From Octopus sinensis (taxonomy: Eukaryota): a DNA stretch of 64,000 nt. This document shows, piece by piece, positions 13,869 to 26,200 of the stretch (its first letter is position 1; every line of letters begins with the position of its first letter). The notes below the pieces were generated by a model, which saw only the letters and a list, made by a program, of their open reading frames with translations, searched no databases and was not told where the DNA came from. A program made the position numbers and the translations under genes. The stretch spans positions 129,704,001 through 129,768,000 of the forward strand of contig NC_042999.1 in assembly GCF_006345805.1 (NCBI RefSeq). Reading direction: 5' to 3'.

Positions 13869-16800
13869 ACAACAGTCTTCATTTAGTTTCTGTCTACCAA
13901 ATCCGCTCACAAGGTTTTGGTCAGCCCAAGGCTATACTAGAAGACACTTGCCCAAGGTGCCATTCAATGGGACTGAGCCTGGAATCATGTGATTGAGAAA
14001 CAAGCTTTTTACCACACAGCCACGCCTGCACCTGAATCAAATCTTTCTAATGAAAGCCACTATTAGTTTCCTCAAATTCTAATAATTATCTTTAGTTATG
14101 GCTTCAATTTTTTTTCCCTGAATTCCTATGGATTTTTCTTGACTGGTTAACCCTTTAGCATTTCAATTACTCTGTCAAATGTAATGTTTTATTTTCTTTT
14201 TACTTGTTTCAGCCATTAGTCTGGCCATACTGGGGCATGTTTTGAATTAATTATGCACTATTTCATAGCTTTGAGATTTCAATGATGGAATTCTTTATTT
14301 TTAGAATTATGTTGTTGGCTAGGTGCGGAATGTCAGATGTTGCTGGTTTGAACATAAAACAAGTAGAATATATGCATCAGATAAAAGGGTAAAGACCCAT
14401 TTGGTCATGAATGACCATAGGATTGTACTTAGAAAGTTCCCTTCCAAAGCACAAATCCAAGCAGATTTGTTTATGGAAGACCAGCAGTTGCCCATACATA
14501 CCAGCCTTCACTCTCCATGCCACTGATGTTGTCCAAGGGAAAGACAAAGGCTAAATCAGCTTGGCAGCAGTGATGTTGCAACTCATTTCTACAGCTGACT
14601 GAACTGGAGCAACATGAAATAGAGTATCTTGCTCAAGAACACAACACACAACCTGGTCTGAGAATCGAACTCACTACCTCATGATTGAGCCCAACACTTT
14701 ACCACTGAGCCATGCACCTTCATATGCACCAGATATGGCCAGTTTAGATGCTAAAAGGTTAAGCATCAATTGATTAAATTTTGAAAATTTGACAATTATT
14801 GATTATCCAGTTTAATGTAAAATTTACTGCCACTTCAAATTTTAGTTTAATGCTTCTGTAACTCCTTTTATACCTTTCAATTTCTAGATTGAAGATGATA
14901 GAGAATATATTCAAAAATGTTGTCGAACACGATCAAATGGCATGCCACATCCTATTAATGAACAAACATTAATTAAAATTCACACCAACAAGTAAGTCTT
15001 CACCAACATTGTGACACAAAACATTAATTGGTATATGTTGTTTAACAGTGAAATGACCTTTAATATACCTGTTAATTTTCTCCACCATTCTCATACTTAA
15101 ATTACCTCCTTTTTTTTTCCTACTTGATATTGGTTTCAAATTTTGGCATAAGGCCAGCATGTTCAAGGGAGGGGGTAAGTTGATTACTACGACCCCGGTG
15201 TTCAACTGGTACTTCTTTTATCAACCCTGAAAGGATGAAAGGCAAAGTCAATCTTGGTGGAATTTGAAGTTAGAACATAAAAACAGACAAAATTCTGCTA
15301 AGCATTTTGCCTGCCATGCTAATGATTCTGCTAGCTCACCACCTTGAGGCAGGTAGAATATTGCTAGCATTAATGTTTGAAGAAATTTTGTTATTATTCT
15401 CTTTTTCATCCTTATTACTCGGCAACTAGTATGCGGTAGTATCAAAAACTTCCCAGACTTTAGGGTTACAGGGTAAGTCGGTTACATCGACCCCAGTACC
15501 TAACTGGTACTTATTTTATCAACCCTGAAAGAATGAAAGGCAAAGTTGATCTTAACAGAATTTGAACTCAGAACATATGTGGATGAAATGCCACTAAGCA
15601 TCTTGCCCAGTGTGCTAATGATTCTGCCAGTTCACTACCCTTTTCCATCTTAATATTGAAGTCAAATCATTCCTAGCATATTACTGCCATTGGAGCACCT
15701 GCATATTTTTTATCACTCTTTCCCCACCTCTCTCTCTGTCATGGGCTTTTAGGCCCTTACCTGCCTGGTATAGACTTTAGCATTGGTATATCTTCCATTC
15801 AAGTATTTGCTTGGGTTTTATATTTCTGGTGGTGCCCATACCCTCCCTAGGGTGTGGTGCTTCTGGCTCTCAAGAATCTCATCCCCTTTTGGGAGGTTTT
15901 GTTTTTTAATTTTGCTGGATGCCTACACACCCTTCTCATGGGGCAAGTCCAGTAAGGCTTAGTTGCTGATTACTCAACCATGAGCATGTAATACTGGACT
16001 ACATACTAGTAGTAGGCACCTCTAACAGTTTGTGATAGAATTGAATTAGTTTTAGTGTCAGACACCTGACAATAAAATTAAGGTCTGTGCTCACAATATC
16101 TAGATTTTGCAAGTGGTCATCCACCTAAATACTAACTAGGATTGCTATTACTTAACTTTGGCAATCAAATGAGAACTGACATTTCCAACATGATATAGAT
16201 GTGAACAAAATTGATGAAATAATAAAGTATCAATATCATTATTTTTTTTTTCTTGGTTTGGACTAGAGGGAAAAGGTGTGCCCCTCTAAAATCAGTGAGA
16301 TTGCTGTCATTAGAATTACTCTTGAACAATTACTAGTTGATAACGATGAAAAAAAAAACAAAAAAAAACGTGTAAAGTGAAGGAATTCTAGAACACTAAA
16401 TGTTCTGGGAAGGAAGGAAGGACTAAACATAGTGGGTAGGTCAGGGTTGGTGGGGTGGGGGTCAACACAATATAGATGATGAGGAGGAGAGATGAGTAAG
16501 GGCTTGAATGGAGGTGGCACAAGACCAGCCAACTGCAGTAGAATTGGCAAAAAGAGAGAGAGAGGATGTGGCACATCTGTTGGCAAGAATTCAAAATGTA
16601 TTTGTGAGTAGATTCATGCCAAAGATTGGCCTTTCTTTATATGCAGTCTTGGGATATCTGTGTTTGTAGTAGCAGCACTGTTCTAGATGTCGTAGCAGTA
16701 CTCCATTTTGGGTCCCACCTCAGAAGATTAGTAGCTATTGGAGGCTGAAGTATTTTCTGACTCTGAAGTGAAAAGCCAGTCTTTATGATGCAATCTATCC

Positions 16801-19800
16801 TTTTTTAGATTGTGTAGTTATGCAAAATTATTGATGGTTACATTTCAGGATGACCAATTAGTGAATCATTAAAAGAAAGTTAACCATTAAAAAAAGATGT
16901 TATAATAATTGTAGGTTAGGTTTTTCTAAGAAAATAGAAAATTCCAACACCTGTTTCATAGATTAAACCACTTCTGTTAACTTACACACTACCTCTACAT
17001 CAGTTAACATGCTGCAAAAAGAAAAGAGTAATTATGGCTGAAGAGGAACTATATGAAAAAGATTTATTTCTGAATAATTTTGGTGAAAGAAAAGACAATA
17101 TATATTCAACATGTTTGAACATGATTGAAGTACCCAAAAACAATAGTTAAAAAGCAAGAAATGTTTTAATCAAGTTAAATTTATTATAATTTTACAAAAA
17201 TAATGAGTTATGAAAATAATGAAAACATTTGCTATTTTAACCTTTTTTAAAAATTATATTTAAAATTAAATTTCTTTTAACAAGAACTGATTTTATTTCA
17301 AGCACAATAAAAAAAATTGAGTCAAAACTTAATTTCTTTTTTTAGGTCTGCTCTTCTTCCTCTGTATTTGCTAGAATTTCATCCATTTCTTGCTTTAGCT
17401 GCTCAGATTCCAAGAACCCTGAACTATTTAATGCAAGTAAGCTAAATTTGTTTTAATGTAAATTCTATAAGTGACATTTATTGCAAAGCTATGGATTAAT
17501 AAAAATGATAAATGTAACTAAGAAGATAAAGCATCATCTTCTTGGCTGACATGTTGGGAGTTTGTATCTTATTAATATTGTTGTAATGCAATAAAGATCA
17601 AGATGAAGAGACTGATCAATTTTCAATCCAATAGATTTGAAGTGAACCAAGGAGCTATCAGGTTCTCAAATACAAAATTTATTTCATTGCTTAAAGATAT
17701 AATGACATAAGGGAAATAACTCAAAGGACCAATGGAATGGATTTGGATAATTAAGTTAATGACTGATGTACTGTATACTATGCAAAAAGATTCTCAATTC
17801 ATTGAAATTCACTTCTTAACAGCCAACAAAAACTAGCTGACATTTTTTTTTATGGAAAAATTAATTGAAAGTATGTCCCTTCTTAGAATGTTAACAATTG
17901 CAGCTAAACCTTTGTTTTCTTTCACCAAGAGGAAGGATAGTTTTGTGGGACTTTATGGAAAACTTTGGATTGTAGTGATTGCCCATAGAACATCATTAGC
18001 AAACTCTCTCCATATCATTTCAAGAAAGATATTTATGATACACTTGACCATATATAGTCAAATGTGAAATAACTTCAATGTTGTTGGAAATCAGTATAAA
18101 AATTAGTAAAACATTACCAATTAAAAGGAGCAGTTTTGTCATAGAGTAACTGGTAGAGTTAATAATAACATTAAAGATATTGATATTATTTTAGAGATAG
18201 CATATGAAGTTTAGGAAGTTGTTGAGTGTGTCGAGTCATAGGTTTTATGGTAGATTAGCTGTTGATGATTTGTTGGAGATGATAGATACTTAAGCTTCAA
18301 TCAACAGGTAGTTGTTTGGAGGAAAATAAAAGAAGTGAATTAACTCTAATGTTTACAAATATAATGGTTCCAAAAAAGATGGAAGGAAACTTTAGTTTGG
18401 GGCTCCATTGCTTATGATGACAAGGGTTCCAGTTGATCCAATCAATGGAACAGCCTGCCTGTGAAATTAATGTGCATGTGGCGGAGCACTCCACAAACAT
18501 GCATACCCTTAATATAGTTCTCAGGGAGATTCAGCGTGATAGAGAATGTGACAAGGCTGGCCCTTTGAAATACATTTTTGTTAGCTGAGTGGACTAGAGC
18601 AACATCAAATAAAGTCTCTTGCACAAGGACACAATGCATTGCTAGGAATTGAACTCATGACCTTATGATTGTGAGCCGAATAACCTAACCACTAAGCCAT
18701 GCGCCTTCACAAACTTACAAGAAGTAAGAAGGTTGCTATTGTTTAGTCATAGGTTAGACCTGATGGGGGAGACCTATTATCAAAGACATCTCAGCTATGA
18801 CCATTTCATTTTTTCTCTCTTTTTTGAGATAATGTGTATTCAGGACCACATTATCCAAACTGTTCTTTTTTTAAGATGGTTAGAATAAAAGGGATACTTT
18901 GGCAGGTATTTCTAACATATTAAGTGGCCATGTAGAGGCAACATGAGTTGAGGCAGAAGCTGAGATGAGTGCAGTAAAGTTGCTTTGAAGTTATGGTACA
19001 TGAAGAAGTTGCTTGCAAAAGGCAGAGTTAGGCAATGGTTTTGAATGACCCTGGTTTTAATACCAAAGCCAACTTCTTGGATTGTTTTCTCTCCTTCCTG
19101 CTTTCCTTTCCAAAAGTAAGCATAACCAGAACTTGTCTCTTAAAGTTTTCTTTCTCTTGTGCCCTGTTTCATGTAAGGAAGTAATATTGATGTTGAAACT
19201 CAAGAATTCTTTCAAGGCAAGTGTTGTTTATATCAAGATGTGTTCTTATGTTCCATATTTTGAAGATCCATGAAAGCATTTGATTTTTAGTTATTTTCTT
19301 GGGCCTTCCTTGTTCAGGATGATCATGAGAGAATCGTGCATATGTATATGTGTATTAAATGATTTTGTGAAAAATTTTGATAATTATTTTACTTTTTTTT
19401 TTTTTTTAAGGAACTTTGTTACAAGATCATGCCCAACAACAATGGAAAGCTAATAGCTGTGGAAAAACTGATGTTGGAAATAGCCTTATCAGAATGGAAT
19501 TCTATGCAGAAAATAGGGCTTTCATACCGTCATCAAGACCAGAAACATGTATTCATTTGTTTTGAAATAAGGCTACATTTTAATTATTCCATTTTGTATG
19601 CTATCATATGATATGTGTGTGTGTGTCTGTGTGTTTGTGTGTACATGTGTGTGTGTGTGTGTTAAGGCGCATGGCTCAGTGGTTAGAATATCGAGCTTAT
19701 GATCGTGAGGTTGTGAGTTTGATTCCTGGACTGGACTGCATGTTGTGTTCTTGAGCAAGACACTTTATTTCACGTTGCTCCAGTTAACTCAGCTGTAGAA

Positions 19801-20088
19801 ATGAGTTGCAACATCACTGGTGCCAAGCTGTATCGGCCTTTTGCCTTTGCCTTTCCCTTGGATAACATCAGGGGTGTGGAGAGGGGAGGCTGGTATGCAT
19901 GGGTGACTGCTGGCCTTCCACAAACAATCTTGCCTTGACTTGTGCCTCAGAGGGCAACTTTCTAAATGTAATCCCATGGTCATTCATGACTGAAGTGGGT
20001 TTCCATATAAACTTAGATAAACTTAGATATGTTTCGACCAAAGATTGGTCCAGGCCATGTCTAACTTAATAGCACCACCTGATAGGAT

Positions 20089-20154
<66 letters not shown>

Positions 20155-20160
20155 ATGTAT

Positions 20161-20202
<42 letters not shown>

Positions 20203-20215
20203 CACACACACACAC

Positions 20216-20263
<48 letters not shown>

Positions 20264-23200
20264 GTATATTAAAAACAAACTTAAGTTCCTTTCACGCACA
20301 TTTACTATCGCCATTTATTCATTTATCAAATTTTGTCACATAGTCACTTATTTCTCTAATTTTGACACAGATTAGCTGACTGAAATTTCTAAGATTTTTC
20401 ACTTCTATTTCACTGTTATCAGCATTTGCTGTTTCATTAAATTATGTTACCCAAAATTCCAAAAGAATATTTTTCTCCTTCGTGTTCTATCCTTGACCAG
20501 CCTAACTCTGCCTCCCCTCTCTCTCTCTCCCTCCCTCTCTCTCTCTCTGTTTCGATAGCCACTTCCTCCTCCTCCATTACTCCACCCTATACAAACTCGC
20601 TCACTTGGATTCCACTACTTCATTTTAATAACTCTGCCAAAAGAAATCAAATCCAGGAGATATTCTTCTCTAATTTTGCAGTACTGGAAATCCCTATCCT
20701 CTGACATCTTTTGGTTGTCTTCCACGAACACTTCTGAAGGCTTAATGCCATCCCCACCCCTACTTATGGTTTATCTCCTATGTAAGGTAGTGATCATGTA
20801 GCGCATAAAAATGATGGTGTATTGTATGCAGGTTAAAGGATATTGTTTGTTTATGAATTCTGCCGAATGCAAGCTTTCTTTTCAGGTACATGACGCTGCT
20901 GTCCCTATCCCAGGGTCTCATGGGCCCACACCTCCCACACACTCAACGTAGGCACACTGAAAGGTAGGTCTGGTGAGGTTGTTGAGATACTTGAATGGAG
21001 ACGTGTTGAGTTGTGCTGCATCCAAGATGTAAGGTGGAGAGAAGGTTCTGCTAGGTTCCTCACAGGCAAAGAACAAGATTTTCTGGGCAGGGAACACTGA
21101 CAGGAGTATACTTCTTGCAGAGAAATGGGTTGATAAGGTAATCGAGGTAGTCAGGGTCTGCAATAGAATATTTAGGATTAGATTAGGGCTACATCATGGG
21201 TTAGCAACCATTATCTCAGCCTATGCCCCTCAACCAGGGCTACCTGATGGACAGAAAGACCGATTTTATGACACCCTCTTGCTGACTAACTCGTTGACAA
21301 ATGAAGGGACCTTCAGTTTGTGGCAGGTGACTTCAATGGACATGTTGGACATGCAGGGGGCTTCCATGGCGTACGTGGAGGTTATGGTTTTGGTTCCCGC
21401 AATGAGGAAGGAACCAGGCTGCTGGAGTTCTGTGATGCAAATGATCTTATGGTTTGCAATACTAACTTCAGGAAACCTACCAGTCACCTAGTCACCTACT
21501 GATCTAGTAGACACACTAGCCAAATTGACTACATCCTTGCCAGAAAAAGAGAAAGCTGGCTGCTTATAAATGCTAAAAACCTTCCCAGGCAAAGAATGTA
21601 CCCCAAAACATAGACTAGTAGTTAGCGACTTCAGGATCAGGGCTAAATGGATGCTCAGAAAATGACCAGCATGGAGGAGAAGGGTCTGGAAGCTTAAAGA
21701 TCCTGTGAATGGACAGAGATTTAGAGACATTACTTAAAGCTTTTGACAAAATAGAGGGGGATATAGCATCACATGATGTGGAAGACAACTGGAGGTTTCT
21801 ACGGGACAACCTACTGAGGGCCACTGACCAGATCTGTGGATGGTGCAAATTCCCCTCTCAACACAAGATAACGTGGTGGTGGAACAATGTTGTTGACAGC
21901 ATGTAAAAGTTCCCTAATGAGTGAAGTAAAAACCTTCATTTTGAATTTCAATCTGATCAGCTGATAAATTTTTGCTCACATTTTGGTGGGTGCCACTTGT
22001 AGCAGGTCTTTCAGGGATGTTCTTTCACTTTTGTGCATGGCCCATTGCCTTATTACTCTAAGCTTGCCAAAGCATACTCAGTGTTTCCAGAGAAAACTTC
22101 CCAAGTTTAACACAAAATTTCATGTTTGCTCTTTGTTCTTGTTCATGACAAATTCACAGACTACAGCATATACATGATCACAAAACACAAATTTCACAAC
22201 TTGTGAAGTGAACACAGTGATGTCACTTGGCACACTGCTTCATGGATGTCACTGCTAGTTCTCGCTGCACATGCAACTGTGTGCTGCCATCTGTTGGCAT
22301 GCTACAGAACTAAACCAGGAACTTTTTGATGCGACCTCATGCAGCTGGATAGCCTTCTTGTTCTCATCATTCGCTTACTTCCAAGCAAGTCGATATCTCC
22401 ATAACCAGACATATTTTCAGGGTAGATAGGAAATGAATGATACTCTTTTGTTATGACAGTGATGCTCATTTACAACTATCATTTGATGCCAAGTAAAGAA
22501 GCACAACACACATGTGAATTCACAAACACACTCATCGATTAGTTAAATCTAATCTATCACCTAGTTTAACTTAACAGTTTGGTAAAAAGACATTGATAGA
22601 ATAAGAAGTAAGCTTAACAAAAAATAGGTACTGGAATTGATTCATTTATCTAAATATTTTTCAAGATGGTGCTCCAGCATGGCCACAGTCTAATAACCGA
22701 AACAAGTAAAAAGTAAAAGGTGTATCCACACTCTCCAAATGCTCACTTGCACATGCACACACATGCATGCATGCACACGCACACATTCTTTCTCTCTCAT
22801 GATGATGATGATGATGATGGACTCTCCTATTGTAGATGATAGATGAGGGTTCCATAATTTCATGCTGAACAACTTTCACAGATTTCTTACTTATAGTAAT
22901 CAAATGTTAGTGCTGTACATTAGCTCACTCCCTCAATCAAATTAACATTATCTGTTGGGATGCACAATGTGCCACACATCAGATGTTGAAGTGATTGCAG
23001 AGCAACTTCAGTTGAAGTGTTTTTACTCAAGAACACAATGCACTACCCACTCAGGGCATTGAGATCATGATCTCATAATCATAAGTACAACTCCCTAACC
23101 ACAAGGCTGTGTGCCCTCACAAATGCATGTGTTGGTGTGTTTACATGCCTGTAATTTAGCGGTTCAGCAAAAGAGACCAACAGAATCAGTACCAGACTTA

Positions 23201-26200
23201 AAAAGAAAATAAATACTGGAGCCAATTAGTCTGACTAAAATATTCCTCAAGGCAGTGCCCCAGCATAGCCACAGTCTAAAGACTGAAACGAGTAAAACAT
23301 AAAAGATAAAAGATATATACACACATACTTATATACATACATTTATATATATCTGTATGTTTATATATATAAACTAAGAAAGATACCATGCATTACTTGG
23401 GTAAAAATGAGGGCCCTGTTAAGGGGGTTTCTTTTCATCTTGTATTCTCTTGTTTCTTTCTTTGACTTACTGGTTGACTCACTTCTTTGACACCCATTTC
23501 AAAATTTTGTTTGGTTGTTTAATGTTACTACTTGCTACCATTGAATGTTTCTTGAAATATTCCTATCATAATTGCTCTATTTATTATAGGTATTCTTTGA
23601 TAGTTATATTGAAGACCCTCTGTTGATGAGTGAGTTAGTGTGCAAAAATATTGCTGCAACTGAACAGACTGAAAAAAGCCATGCAGACAAACAAATTGAC
23701 AGCATCGATGAAATAAGACACATGCTTGAGGTATATACCATCATATATTTCTATTCCAAATAATATTTTTACTCACCTACTACAGTTTTATGTTGGAAAC
23801 GTCTTTGTTTAGAGAATAACTCATTCATAGTTGCTTCAATAAATATGAAACCTCTATTTCATAAGTCTGAAGATACAGAAATGGAAAGTTTTAGTTTTTA
23901 AACTTTTCAAGAAAATTAACAACAAAGGTCAAGTTGTTCACACTGGAAATTAAATGGTGTTATGGTCTCTGTTTACTAATAACATACTTCTGTGTTATGA
24001 TTTCCACTTTTGTGACTAATAAAAATACATGTTTTGTAGTTTATCTCTTGGCTCATAGAAAGTATTTATTTGGAGCTGGGCTTTGTGAATTGACTCTGAG
24101 AAATCCAAAATACTGATCTAATCAGGAGAATCTGTTTCATGGATACAATGATGGCCTGGTATTATTTGTAAAATAGCTAGCCTGTGCACCAGTAACTGAA
24201 AATATAAATATCCCTCAAGTAATAATGTCTCTGTGATGGAGTTTCATAAACTAGCCAAATATAAAAATTGAGAAATAGTTGTGATGTAAAGGAAGAAGAC
24301 GGAAGCAAAGAGAGAATTATGGTAGTCTTACCTGTCGGTCAGGAAAAGGGTCGCTTTCAACATCCACATGCTCTGTCTCGACCTGCAAGATTCACATTGA
24401 GTGAATCTTGCAGATCCACATGCACTATCCATTGTTGTACAATCTAACATGTCTGCTCTGATGCGCTGTTCACCGCCAACTGACTCCTCGTGCCTTGCTG
24501 ACCCTGCATGCCCACCGTGGCCCTTCTGGTGGGACCCACAGGCCCCACTACCAACAGGACATGCCTACTTCCTCACTTCCAATCCTTCTCTACAACACAG
24601 CCTGGCTCATAACACCACACGCCCCTCTGATCTGAAGATCATTCAACCAACCTGCCACAGCCTCTCCTCAACCCTGACCACACACCTTAACTTGTCTCGT
24701 AATCAGCAAACAAGTGAGGAAGGCACCGCTCCCTCTGTGACTGCCGTGGTGCTTCAGGACTGGCCTCGTTCTTGGCATGTTGCTGTCGGCTTTGTCTCCT
24801 TGTCCATTACTGTTGACTCCATCCTCCATTGCAGTGATGATCCTGTGCACATCCAAAACATGTTGTGGCATGCTGTCTACAGACACATTGTTCCTCAAAT
24901 TTACAGAGGTTGTTGCCCTCTTTCCCCACTGTGATGTGCACTGCGCATTTGGGGGTTTAACCCAGACTTCTTCCCCAATCTGAACAAAGGCATGCTCTTT
25001 CTCTTCTGCAGGATGTGGTGATGCGGTATATTGATATCCCCACTTGTACTCCTCAGCCTGTCCCATACTGGGCAACATATTATACCAAAAACGACCTCGA
25101 CCAGTGAGATGTGGCCCCTCTCTGCTATGGTCATGATGGTACGATGATGCCTCTCCACAACCTCTTTCCCACTTGGCCAGTATGCCGCCCTGAAGAAACA
25201 GCTGACATGTCACTTGTCAAGTATTTCCTCCAGCACCTTCGACCAAAATGCAGTGCCATTGTCTATAAGCAGCTCATCCATGGGGCATCATTCTAGGAAT
25301 ATCTCATTCAGTATTCTTGTAATTTCCTCCATGGTCCCCATCTTCATCTCCCTCCATATAGCCAACTGCCCTGGTCTGCAGTCAACCATATACACACATA
25401 CTTATATACATACATTTATATATATCTGTATGTTTATATATATAAACTAAGAAAGATACCATGCATTACTTGGGTAAAAATGAGGGCCCTGTTAAGGGGG
25501 TTTCTTTTCATCTTGTATTCTCTTGTTTCTTTCTTTGACTTACTGGTTGACTCACTTCTTTGACACCCATTTCAAAATTTTGTTTGAAATGGGTGTCAAA
25601 GAAGTGTCCCCTGCCGGTAGTGCACCACATCCGCTGCTAGTCATTTCCAGTTGTGTTCAACTGGAATGATTCCTGCCTCATGCACACCTGGAGTGGGGTC
25701 AATGGACTAGCACCTGTTGCAGCTCCCAACTACTCTTTGCACACTCTGGTCATGTCAGAGTCAACTTTCTTGGCTAGGAACAGGGTTCTGTCTACCCCCA
25801 TGTGATGCATGGTATGCGGTCTCTTCAGCTCTGAGTCATTCAGTCAACACACTGCAGCCACTCCTTGCTCCAGATCCTCTGGCACCTGCAACCATGCTTT
25901 CTTTACTCTGGTTAGGACATCTGCTCTATTCCTCTCAGAGGGCACAAAAACCACACTCAGCCTTGGATCAAACTCAGTAGCTAGCTCGTCCAGAATTTCC
26001 AAACGGCGTTTTATCAGCATCTCTGTGCTCCCTTTGGTTCACACCCTCTGCTTGCCAGTAACCACTTATCCCACCCATCTAAGTACAGTGGCCGAATTGG
26101 TTTGGATCTTGATGGTATGCAGCCCCCACCTCAGGATCAGGTTCAGCCCCTTCAATACAGCATCCAGTTCTGCCGCATTGATGTGGTTGCAGTCGTCCTT

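Noticed and set aside
19664-19740. tRNA-like sequence with A and B boxes (also other SINE heads)
   Set aside because: It continues into a SINE body and forms no complete cloverleaf
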